From contig CM000207.1 in the NCBI GenBank assembly GCA_000002445.1, forward strand, positions 1,952,001 to 2,016,000: a DNA stretch of 64,000 bases. Direction: 5' to 3'. This document shows positions 30,999-40,679 of this stretch, one piece after another; within the stretch, counting starts at the first letter, position 1, and each line of letters opens with the position of its first letter. The translations under genes and the position numbers were made by a program. The notes beneath the pieces were generated by a model that was not told the DNA's origin, searched no databases, and saw only the letters and a program-made list of their open reading frames with translations. This stretch comes from Trypanosoma brucei. Lineage: Eukaryota.

Positions 30999-33062
30999 AT
31001 GGATGACGGAACTGGACACCTCCTTCGGCCTCACTCCATTATTGGTATGGGTGCATATGGCACAGTTTTCAAGGCCTTTCGGCTCGCAAAAGAGCGTGCA
31101 GGAGACGAAGAAGCGTGGGAACGAGAAGGAAAACCGGTGGCAGTGAAGCAAACTATTTTCTCGGAGGTTACCGAAGACATTACCGTTGTGCTGAAAGAAG
31201 TTTCTTATTTGAGCAACCTTCAGCATCCCAACATCGTCACCTACTACACCGCCTTTACAGGTCAGGGCAAACTCGAAAGCATCTCGCAAGCCAAGCGAAC
31301 CAGCGCAGAGTTAGGTGCGCCTACCAAGGAACCCGGGTCGAAGAGGAACGCAGAGGGAAAGGTACCAAAATCATCACTGAGCTTCTCCACTGAACCTTCT
31401 TTGTGTATTGTTGAGGAGCTCGTGGAAGGCGCCTCCGTTGCTAAGGTAATAAAAATGGCTGCGGAGCAAAGTGTAAAGCAAATGACGGAAGCGGAGATAG
31501 CTGCGGTTGTGTACGATGTTCTGCAAGCACTTTTGTACATCCACGAGGAGTGTCAACTGGTCCACCGCGATATCAAACCCCTGAATATGTTGCTTGATCG
31601 TAACGCCTCTTCTGTGAAACTTTGCGACTTTGGTACGTGCGCAGACCTGAGCCAGCAAGATGGGCGGTTTACTGTCATTGGTACCATCGGTTGGATTGCC
31701 CCCGAAGTTTTGGATAGTGGAATGATGGACCATCGCTCAGGGCACATCACTTCCCATAGTTTTCCGTCGGATGTTTGGTCGTTAGGTGTCTCTGCATTGG
31801 AGATGACGCAGGTGGGGATGACCAGATCCGCTTTATCAGAGTACATCAAGGACCTCTCCGTTATGCCATGCTCTGTCCAAGAAACGGTGACGGGTTCGCG
31901 CAAGAGTTTTCTTCAGGAGAAGCTGCCAACTGGTCACCTACGTGACTTTATTGCTTGCTGCTTGCGCAGGGATCCGCAGATACGCCCAAAAGTGCGCCAG
32001 TTACTTGAGCATAAGTTAATCGTAACGAGTGGCGTGGCAAATGCGAAGGAACGCAGCGCTAAAATAGCGGGTATTATCGCAGCAGTGACCATCGCAGGGA
32101 AGAAAAAAATCGGTAACAATGAGAAGATGAACGATGAGGCAATTGTTCTCCCACAATTCGCAGATTCAACGCTGACAAAGAACCGGTGCATGGAGGCTGT
32201 TGCTGCCCTGAAGCGTGAGTTCTTTGCGGCACAGGCACCGTTGCTAGAAACTTCGCGGTACTCTTGGTGCACACCCTCCCATATTTCTCGGATGACGACG
32301 TCGGATGACTTCCGTAACCTGCCAAAGCCACCAAAGCTGCTGGATCCGGAAATGAGCACCAATGCAAAAGTCTCTCTGCCAAGTCGCAGCTCTGAAGCCG
32401 CTAAGTCTCTCTTTGACGCGGTTGTAGTTCCAGCAACAGTAGAAAGTCAACGAACAGTGTTGAACATTGTGGGTCAATATCGTAAATTGGGTGGTGTACA
32501 TACCAGCGATGGTTGGGCAGATATTGACAATAGGGCTGCAGCTTGCTATACATTTGAGGAGCTGGCGTGCAAGAACATCAAGCATGAGACTTTTGTTCAA
32601 CTTCACGATGACCTTATACGGTGCTTCAAGGCGTGTTGCATGTCAATTCCAGACTTTGAAGCAACCTTTCTTCCTGCCTTCTTGCAGGCGTTAACGTCGC
32701 CTGGGGATTTGTATGATGTACGGCGGTTTATCGCATATGTGCACCAGCTACAAAGAGATGACCTCAGGCACACCTACCACGGCCGCCTCGATGCTGGTGA
32801 TTCAAAAAGGGACGCGGCACGGAAAGCTAGCTGCTCCCAGCAACAACCACCATTACCGAATCTAACGGCGGCTGATTGGATGCGCTTTCCTAGAATGCCT
32901 CAGTCGATGGGGTGTATAGGGACTAGTGGCAATATCGGTGGAGACAAGAGTGATACGTCCACCGATGGTCTACGGCATCAGGCGCCACTAGTAAGTCCAC
33001 CGGCTTATTTATACAATAAATGGTTGAAGGAGAAACAAGCAAGGGCTATGGGTCCCATATGA
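30999..33062 (+). CDS. serine/threonine protein kinase with kinase-domain insert and ~350-aa C-terminal extension
   Basis: Kinase motifs are GMGAYGTV, VAVKQ, HRDIKPLNMLLD (nt ~31563-31598), DFG (31626-31634) and GTIGWIAPEV. A ~50-aa insert follows subdomain IV (after YYTAF). Confidence 0.8.
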   Translation: MDDGTGHLLRPHSIIGMGAYGTVFKAFRLAKERAGDEEAWEREGKPVAVKQTIFSEVTEDITVVLKEVSYLSNLQHPNIVTYYTAFTGQGKLESISQAKRTSAELGAPTKEPGSKRNAEGKVPKSSLSFSTEPSLCIVEELVEGASVAKVIKMAAEQSVKQMTEAEIAAVVYDVLQALLYIHEECQLVHRDIKPLNMLLDRNASSVKLCDFGTCADLSQQDGRFTVIGTIGWIAPEVLDSGMMDHRSGHITSHSFPSDVWSLGVSALEMTQVGMTRSALSEYIKDLSVMPCSVQETVTGSRKSFLQEKLPTGHLRDFIACCLRRDPQIRPKVRQLLEHKLIVTSGVANAKERSAKIAGIIAAVTIAGKKKIGNNEKMNDEAIVLPQFADSTLTKNRCMEAVAALKREFFAAQAPLLETSRYSWCTPSHISRMTTSDDFRNLPKPPKLLDPEMSTNAKVSLPSRSSEAAKSLFDAVVVPATVESQRTVLNIVGQYRKLGGVHTSDGWADIDNRAAACYTFEELACKNIKHETFVQLHDDLIRCFKACCMSIPDFEATFLPAFLQALTSPGDLYDVRRFIAYVHQLQRDDLRHTYHGRLDAGDSKRDAARKASCSQQQPPLPNLTAADWMRFPRMPQSMGCIGTSGNIGGDKSDTSTDGLRHQAPLVSPPAYLYNKWLKEKQARAMGPI

Positions 33063-33603
33063 GACGTTGGACTACAACCTCACAAACCGCAGCTCCCCTT
33101 CCCGTCGATTTTTTCTTACTTTATGTCTCTGAAACTTTACAGAGACGGATTTTCTTTGCTCTGCATACTCGTGACTTTATTCTTCTGACTGCTACGCATG
33201 ACCGTAAGTGAATTTGGGAATAATCGGTGCAGTATTGGATGGACAGTTGAATAGATGGCACATGTTTCTGACGAGGCAGGTGAGTAATGCTTTACTTGTT
33301 TACTGTTATGGCCGTCGTGCGCGACAATTTTTTTCCTGCCTACTGATTGATCATTTTTCGTTTTATTTCTACTGACTTACTAGCAGCTCATCCTTGTAAA
33401 GCATACGGCGCCCAAGATTGTGAAATCGCAGTTCAGAGGTGTGTGCACACAAGTCTATACACACATAGACGAAAGGGAGAGTGCGTGCTCACAGCTTCCA
33501 AAGAAGTGGTGTCTAAGTGCCAAAACAAGTAAAAAGGATAACTTCTATCGTTGATCCCCTTAGATCTGCGCAGTTCCTACTTTATCCGCTAGTTACCGTC
33601 ATC

Positions 33604-34026
33604 ATGACGAAACTGGTGCGCAAACTCAAACAAATGGCCAAGAAAAGGGCCCACCGAAATACCGTGTTGAAGCGTAAGGCAGAGCGGGCTCAAAAAGAAC
33701 TTGAGGAAAATGCCAAACGAGAAAAAGAACGGTTGGAGCGGGAGACAACACTCGAGATGCAGCGGGTTGCCCGAGGTGATGAAGCTTCAGCTACCGGGGA
33801 ATCAACGGGGCTAAGCAATAAGGTAATGCGTGTAGTAGGAGATCTAATGTTAGAACTACCAAAACAAAGGGCGAAGAAGCAAGTGTCACGTAAGCAGGCG
33901 AAGCGCAAGGAGGCCGCTCGAGAACGTGGCGAAGCAATTGCCGCCCAAATGGGAAAGAAATGGGAGGCAAAAAAACGACGTGTGAAGCAGCGGGCGCAGA
34001 TCCGGAATGAGGATCTGCATGATTAA
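33604..34026 (+). CDS. small Lys/Arg-rich coiled-coil protein (hypothetical)
   Basis: The track start 33517 is GTG; the first ATG is 33604 (MTKLVRKLKQMAKKRAHRNTV...). The composition is highly basic, consistent with a nucleolar or ribosome-associated protein. Low complexity makes this an uncertain call. Confidence 0.4.
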   Translation: MTKLVRKLKQMAKKRAHRNTVLKRKAERAQKELEENAKREKERLERETTLEMQRVARGDEASATGESTGLSNKVMRVVGDLMLELPKQRAKKQVSRKQAKRKEAARERGEAIAAQMGKKWEAKKRRVKQRAQIRNEDLHD

Positions 34027-34341
34027 ACCAGAACATGAGGTTGCTGATTGCAAGACCATGTTTATCGTGCTTGTGCACTTGCATGATGTTTTTTAAGTCG
34101 CAGCGGATCGCAGTGTCGCAGGAACTTACTTTACTATTGGAGTACTATCACCATCGAGCGGCATGTTTGCACCTGTGTTCATGTCCGCAACTCACCTTAA
34201 CTTGAGTAGAACCTCTCATTAGAATTCCCTTTTTTTTTCTTTGTTCTTTGCTTTTCATCCACACGTAGGTACTTTTTATTTTTCTATTTTGCCTCACCTA
34301 GTCGGCTTTCGTTGACAGTTGAGTTATTTTCCCTGCCGAAA

Positions 34342-36084
34342 ATGTATCGACACGGTCTGGAATCAGAAGAACAACGGCATGAGGATCTTCTATTACTTCC
34401 CACGCAATCGGACACGCAGACGACGGAGGAAAGAACAACGGCGAACCCAACCACTCAGGGTGCCACTGATGAGGGCGGCAGCGGTGCTGCAGATGGGGAA
34501 GGTGCAGCGACTTACCTCACACCGCGTGCAGTGAGTGTGGACTCTGATTTAACCTTGGAAGACCTCTTTGGTCCGTTCTTTTATGTGGACAAGTCACTAG
34601 TAGTAGTGGATCCCGCCCTACTTGGATCTCGAAGTTTACTGCGGCGATTCTTCGGGGACACTATATGCGAGACAGATGTGGACATTACGAGCGACAATGA
34701 AGAAGCGCTAAGAAAAGAGGTGGAATTGGCCAGGAAGGAGGCTTGTGTAAACTATGTCTATGAATTATTTGGTGAGGAAGGTGCAGCAATTATCGGTACT
34801 CAGGAGCCTAAGCCATTCGATTGCTTAGTTTCTTCTGTACCAGATAAACAGAATGTTGGTCTTTATGAGGAAATGTGGCTTACGGATATGCCAAAAATTG
34901 CCCCTAACCGTCAGACACTTCACATGGAACCGCGGCCGTACGTTTCTTCAAACCCTTCGGCTCCATTGAGAAGCACGGAGCGGAGCCTTTATACAACACA
35001 GAACGTCATCCGGTGGTCGATTGGCTGCCGCGACAAGTTATTTGTTAGCAATGCACGCATTGTGCGATGGAGTGACGGTAGCACCACATTGCGGGTTGGC
35101 AGTGACTCTTTCCCGTTACAGCTGTCAAGAGATAACGCAATCACAATGCTGGCTTCTCCATCCGCGATTAGTAAGGGAGACCTCACTTTACCCGCGATGG
35201 TTTCTGTAATCAACCCCAGTAAACACTTCGTTGCAGAATGCAACAGTGCAGCTTCAATTGAAAAAGCTGTTAACGAAGAGAATCAACGGATCAGGTCTGT
35301 GTCGGCCCAGCACAACCTTGCATACAGTGTTCCAACACTTCCAAGTGTTGACTGGAACAATTTAGCTGCATCTGGAACACCTGAAGGGGAGTTCCTCGCG
35401 AGGTCGTACAATCTTCGTAAAAAGATGATGGAACAAAGGAAGAACAGAGGAGAACCCATGACGCTTACTGAGCAGCTGCAAATGGAAAGTGAACTATTTG
35501 AGAAATTGCAGAGTCTCAGTGCCAAGGAACTTCTGGAGCAACAGCAGGAACAGGAGCGACAAGCAGCCCTCCGCTCTCTGACGCGGCAGAATCAGACAGC
35601 TCATCGCCGTCGTTTCGAGAGGACTGTAGAGCTTGAAGGTGGTGAATATCGTGAGGGACATAATAGTATGGGTGGGGGTAATACTGGCTTGAACGGTGGA
35701 GACTTTGATAATAATGATGAGGATGAAGAAATCGAAGATGATTACGAAACAATGCTGGAAAACGTGCGGCGCAAGCGGCAGCGAGAAGACGATGAGGCCG
35801 ATGCGAAACATGCTCGCAATATTCGCTTGTATGAACAAGCAAGGGCGGGGCAGTACGGCAGCCTCATAGATTCCATGCAGGATCTTCTTTCTCAACTCCC
35901 GGACGGTTCCATTGTTCGGGAAAGCGTGGACGAAACGGTTGAGTTCCTTCGTGCTGGGTCTTTTTCCCCTGCGGTCGTCATTAAGGAGGTTCCACTGATG
36001 CTGGAGGGAGTGGCGAGTGAGTGCCCGGATGTTGACATCGGTAAGGTGAGGGAGGAATTGCGCAAGCTACATGAGCGAAAGTGA
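34342..36084 (+). CDS. LEO1: RNA polymerase II-associated factor (PAF complex) subunit LEO1
   Basis: The Leo1 core motif SNARIVRWSDGSTTLRVGSDSFPL (nt ~35047-35115) matches human LEO1 [24 protein letters not shown] closely. Acidic N- and C-terminal regions are present. The track start 34312 is TTG; the first ATG is 34342. Confidence 0.65.
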   Translation: MYRHGLESEEQRHEDLLLLPTQSDTQTTEERTTANPTTQGATDEGGSGAADGEGAATYLTPRAVSVDSDLTLEDLFGPFFYVDKSLVVVDPALLGSRSLLRRFFGDTICETDVDITSDNEEALRKEVELARKEACVNYVYELFGEEGAAIIGTQEPKPFDCLVSSVPDKQNVGLYEEMWLTDMPKIAPNRQTLHMEPRPYVSSNPSAPLRSTERSLYTTQNVIRWSIGCRDKLFVSNARIVRWSDGSTTLRVGSDSFPLQLSRDNAITMLASPSAISKGDLTLPAMVSVINPSKHFVAECNSAASIEKAVNEENQRIRSVSAQHNLAYSVPTLPSVDWNNLAASGTPEGEFLARSYNLRKKMMEQRKNRGEPMTLTEQLQMESELFEKLQSLSAKELLEQQQEQERQAALRSLTRQNQTAHRRRFERTVELEGGEYREGHNSMGGGNTGLNGGDFDNNDEDEEIEDDYETMLENVRRKRQREDDEADAKHARNIRLYEQARAGQYGSLIDSMQDLLSQLPDGSIVRESVDETVEFLRAGSFSPAVVIKEVPLMLEGVASECPDVDIGKVREELRKLHERK

Positions 36085-36448
36085 CCGAGATAGGGATATA
36101 CCGGTGTCACGTGCTCTCACCGTTCGGATCACCTGCTCGTGTTGATGCTGTTGTTCATGTTTCCTTTCTTGTTTCTGTGGTGGTGGTTGATTACGTATTG
36201 CATATCCCTAAGAGCCGCATCTGCAGTATTAGGAGGGAAGAAGAAAAAAATCTTGATGGAAAGATCTGGCAGATCTTACCCTGGCAGCGTCTGATTTTTA
36301 CTAACAGCCTCCCCCTCTATCAATCCTCGCACGCACACTCGAAAGCCGACACCGCGGTGGCGTGGGAGTTTCAAAATGATCCACGACAGAATGCGAAGAC
36401 AGGGTCACTTCGATACGGAGAAATGAGGGGGATGTGAGTATGGTAGAA

Positions 36449-36475
36449 ATATATATATATATATATATATATATA
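36449..36475. repeat. (AT)13 microsatellite in the LEO1 3' intergenic region
   Basis: Direct reading: atatatatatatatatatatatatat. Confidence 0.9.
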
Positions 36476-36803
36476 TTACTGAGTTCGTTTACCTCATCTT
36501 TTAAACCGCGACATTTTCTTCCCTGTTGTGGGAAATCCCAGGGGTTCCCCTTATTTCGAAGAGTAAAAATAATTTTGAAGTGCAAGCCCTGGCACCTTGT
36601 GTAATTTGTTGGAGAGTTGCGTTTTTTTTGTCCCGCTGCCCACTCTCCTTTTTTCTCATCCCTTTTTTTTTCTTCGCCTCAATATAATATACTTTCATGT
36701 GCTCACCAGTCCGCATTTAAAAAATTGTTTTCTCATTCTTTGCAATTACCGAATCATCGTCTCTTGCTTATACGATATTTCTTACTATATTTGTGTTTAG
36801 GGA

Positions 36804-38159
36804 ATGTGTAGCATTGAGGGCCCGCCACTCAAAAAACTGCGACCGCAGCCGCTCACGCCCACAGACCCTATTCCCATTTATTTGGACTACAATGCCACTA
36901 CACCACTCTGCATGGAATCTTGGAGGGCCATGTCGGCTATTGTACCATTTTCGTGGGGGAACCCCAGTTCAGTCCATCCATATGGTTTGGCGGCAAAATT
37001 TGTGCTGGATGAGGCGAGGGGGAAAGTAGCAAACGCCATTCGTGCGGTAACTCCTGCGAATGTTATTTTCACTTCGGGTGGGACGGAGGCTAATAACTTA
37101 GCAATAATCGGCGGGTTCACGGCATTGCGGGAACGGTTTCCAAGTCGACACTATATAATTACGACAAACGTTGAGCACCCCGCCGTTGAGGAAGTGTTAA
37201 AGTTTTTGGAAAGAGAGCATTCGGCAGTGGTGAAGGGAGGAGATAGACGCATGTCAGGTGGAAAAAAGCAACAGCCACCACCCGTAGAGGTGTACCGCTT
37301 CCCTGTCGATCCTAGGACCGGTTGCGTGCGCACCGACGAGTGGCGCAAACTTCTACTCGAACTTCCGGGTGGCCCACAAAACGTTGCACTAGTAACAGTG
37401 ATGCACGCCAACAATGAAATTGGTGGTATTAATCCTATTGATGACCTCGTGAAACTTGTGAAGGAAATATGTGGTGAGGAAACACTGTTTCACACTGATG
37501 CAGCACAATCTATCGGGAAAGTGCCCGTAAATGTCAGCGCCATGCGCGTTGACATGCTGTCCATTTGTTCGCACAAATTCTATGGCCCAAAGGGTGTTGG
37601 TGCGTTATATGTCAGGGATGGTGTGCGTATACGAAATATTCTCTTCGGAGCAAATCATGAAAATGGTGCACGCCCAGGCACAGAGAATGTGCTCTTGGTA
37701 ACAGGTATGGCGGAGGCGCTTCATGTGGCCTGCAAGAACCTAACCGCAAACGCTGCCACAATGCGCAATACTCGCGACGAATTATTTCGGGTGATAAAGC
37801 AAGAAGTTTCCAAGGTGGGTATGGATTGTGTGTTGAATGGTGACATCGACCATGCTCTTCCTAATACATTGAGTGTTGCATTGTTTAAAGTGACAGATAG
37901 TGGTAAGCGAAGATACATTTCCGCCCACGGACTCATTCAGGCGGTCGGTGATAAGGTGTGCATGTCCTCGGGCGCGGCCTGCCATTCTGCAGAGGAGAAC
38001 GTTGTTGTTTCCGCCTCACTGCGCAGCGTTGGTGTGGATTTGGATCGTGCGGTAGGCACACTCCGTCTTTCTACAGGACGAACAACAACGATGGCGGAGG
38101 TGCGGCGAGCGGCTCGCATCATTGTTCGGCGGGCCGTGCAACAGTTCGGTGAGTTTTAG
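36804..38159 (+). CDS. class-V aminotransferase, NifS-like cysteine desulfurase / selenocysteine lyase-like
   Basis: Supporting motifs are IYLDYNATTPL, SGGTEANNLAI, PLP-lysine SICSHKFYGPKGVGALYV (nt ~37567-37620) and the C-terminal active-site Cys loop SSGAACHS (~37963-37986). It is divergent, with insertions relative to IscS/Nfs, so it is more likely the selenocysteine-lyase paralogue than the housekeeping mitochondrial Nfs. Confidence 0.65.
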   Translation: MCSIEGPPLKKLRPQPLTPTDPIPIYLDYNATTPLCMESWRAMSAIVPFSWGNPSSVHPYGLAAKFVLDEARGKVANAIRAVTPANVIFTSGGTEANNLAIIGGFTALRERFPSRHYIITTNVEHPAVEEVLKFLEREHSAVVKGGDRRMSGGKKQQPPPVEVYRFPVDPRTGCVRTDEWRKLLLELPGGPQNVALVTVMHANNEIGGINPIDDLVKLVKEICGEETLFHTDAAQSIGKVPVNVSAMRVDMLSICSHKFYGPKGVGALYVRDGVRIRNILFGANHENGARPGTENVLLVTGMAEALHVACKNLTANAATMRNTRDELFRVIKQEVSKVGMDCVLNGDIDHALPNTLSVALFKVTDSGKRRYISAHGLIQAVGDKVCMSSGAACHSAEENVVVSASLRSVGVDLDRAVGTLRLSTGRTTTMAEVRRAARIIVRRAVQQFGEF

Positions 38160-38329
38160 AGCGGCAGCGCATCTCTCCCTTACCTACCGTCGCAAATAAA
38201 TGCATCAGCAAGTATCAAGGATGTCAAGAGTCGTTTGAAAAGGAAGGAGTGGTGGGGTGTTACCGTGGAAAAAAGGGTAATATCGCTCTGTGGACCAGAC
38301 GAATGGTGAGCCAAAGTCCTCCTAACCAC

Positions 38330-38460
38330 GCGTCTCTTGCTTACTGTTTACGTGGGATTTATCTCTTCACCTGCACCGTTGTTTGTTTTCCCTCTATTAC
38401 TCGCCTCACACTTTCCTTTCCTCTCTATACAACGTATAGATTATGTTCATCTATTGGTTT
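38330..38460 (+). promoter_or_regulatory. polypyrimidine tract upstream of 38561 gene
   Basis: cgtctcttgcttactgtttacgtgggatttatctcttcacctgcaccgttgtttgttttccctctattactcgcctcacactttcctttcctctctatac. Confidence 0.4.
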
Positions 38461-38560
38461 CATTTTCTTGTATGATTCTATTTTCACGTCTAGTTAATTA
38501 ATGGTTTCTCGTGGTGAAGGAACTGAAGGGCGTTGGGTGGAAGGATAAAAGGAAGGGGTC

Positions 38561-39778
38561 ATGGAAACGAAAGGTTCTTCTGTTCATGTATGCAGCAACG
38601 CATGGAAGCTGACGCACCATGTCACATGGAAGGATGATGGTTTCCCTTTTGTGCTTCACGTTCCTGAACTTGAGTTACGTATTGATTTCCCTATTGCACA
38701 CTACAAGTGCTGTTGGGCCTGCGCCATGCTACATCCCGTGTGGAAAAGGGTGGCGAAATGCAGTCCAAGACAAGAGTATGCGAGACAAACAAATGCATCG
38801 GTATGCATCCATAAACCCACCTTACGAGAAGCAGGCGACGTATTGTCGGAGCTATCGTCGTTCACTCTCGCACTTGACAAGCGGCAGAAACAACACTATC
38901 CCAGGAGCAGCGTTAGTAGACTAAGGTTCGTTCACAGTCTGCCAACTATAATTCGTTTAGGGAACGGTATAAAGGGAACCATCACTGCCACATTTACGCT
39001 TCAACGATGTGTTGCGGATGGGAATAATTCCTCCACTTTGTTCCCTACATTTATTGCCGTTGAGTCAGTCGGTCTCATAGATTGTTTTGTGGTTGACGCA
39101 ATCCCGAGGTCGAGAAAGGGCCATGAACGCAACGGGGTGACTTTGTTGCCACTCCAGAACATAAGCAGTGGCGGTGAAACAGCAACGTACGACGCGCTCA
39201 ATATCCAGCTGCGTTTCGACTGCCTTCCACCGTCGTTTGACAGTTCGCTTACTTCTCACGAGATACCGTGGGAGCTCCGCGTGTATGCCGTCTTTTACGA
39301 GTCGTTAGATGCACAGGTACGCCTTGACGACGCGTTCAGGCGGCTCGCTGAATGGCATCCAAGTAAAACAATGGAAGAGCGGTTTGCCGTCGTGAGCCCC
39401 GGGGTCGATCCCTCCATATCCATAAATATGGAACTAAGACATAAGGGGTGGCTGCATCGTCACATCAAAGAGGCATTAAACCAGATGGACTGCAGAGTAG
39501 AAGGTGACAATGAGGACGCAGGTCATCCTCCAGCTGAACTTCGACCTATCGCCACTCTTGAAGGAGCCGACAACGTTGTAGTGGAGACGTGTCCACAGGC
39601 AGGCAGTAGTGCTGTTGTAGCTGTGTTACCGAGAGATACGAAGTGGCCGTTAGTAGTCGCTGTTGAAACAGAAAAAGGGATGGGGAAACAGTCCCCTCCG
39701 ATACCGGGTTCCTCGTCTCTCGAGCGGCTCTCCCGTGAATTCATCAAGCTGTGGGAAAGACTTAGTGTTGACGATTAA
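38561..39778 (+). CDS. hypothetical protein, 405 aa
   Basis: Long ATG-initiated ORF in the same orientation as its neighbours, with an upstream poly-Y tract at 38330-38460. No motifs recognised. Confidence 0.5.
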   Translation: METKGSSVHVCSNAWKLTHHVTWKDDGFPFVLHVPELELRIDFPIAHYKCCWACAMLHPVWKRVAKCSPRQEYARQTNASVCIHKPTLREAGDVLSELSSFTLALDKRQKQHYPRSSVSRLRFVHSLPTIIRLGNGIKGTITATFTLQRCVADGNNSSTLFPTFIAVESVGLIDCFVVDAIPRSRKGHERNGVTLLPLQNISSGGETATYDALNIQLRFDCLPPSFDSSLTSHEIPWELRVYAVFYESLDAQVRLDDAFRRLAEWHPSKTMEERFAVVSPGVDPSISINMELRHKGWLHRHIKEALNQMDCRVEGDNEDAGHPPAELRPIATLEGADNVVVETCPQAGSSAVVAVLPRDTKWPLVVAVETEKGMGKQSPPIPGSSSLERLSREFIKLWERLSVDD

Positions 39779-40679
39779 GAGTCATTTGACTACATATTTG
39801 ATGTGGTTAAATATGTGTACAAGACCACCTCTCACTTAGTGGAACCTTAGAGTTGGAGGAGTGTTCGCATAGCTTCATCGATTTTGTGGTATATGCATAA
39901 CTTGACCCACCCATGCTCGTGGATCCGCTGACCTAGTTTGGCGCGGGTTATATACTGTGTGTTTCACCGGTAGACAGTGAGGCGGGTACTCCGCTTTTAC
40001 GGTGCCGTAGAGTTTCTAGAGGACAAATTGGGGAGTGGTGTTTCTCCCACTTATTCAAACCTTCCAGTTTCACATCGGACATATGGGTAACTGTTGCATT
40101 GCATGACGTATCTGCACTTATACGTTTGTGTATTTGTGTGCTATAAGCATATACTCACTTCATGTTGTCAAACAATATAGATTGATGTGACTGGTGTCTA
40201 TGTTAATCTTTTCAGCTGTTTTCTTGCTCCGCAACGTTAGACCATCCTTATTTCCCCTGCGCTACTCTTTCTGTGATTTATAAATAATTCTTTATTAGAA
40301 AAATAATAACATAGTCACACCTACATCCCCCTTTTCATCGTGGGCTCATAGAGGGAAAGTATAGCTCTTAACTTAAAAGAACTGTGCAGGGCCTCAGAAC
40401 GTTGTTCCCACTACGAACCGGTGCACGGGCCGAGCGGTTGGTTGGATAGAGGGGTGACAAAGGTTAAAAGAATTTTCCTTTTCCTCTGGAAAAAAGGGTG
40501 TATTGATTAGTGATAACAATTAGTTACAGCAGCCACACTTAACTGCTTTCACAATTTGTTTTTTTTTCACTGTTCTAGTTTCCTTTCCCTCTTTTTTTTT
40601 TTATCGTCAAAAGACGATATCTTTGTTCACTATTTAATTGCGTACGTTCAGTTGTTCGTTATTAAATTGAGACAAAGAA

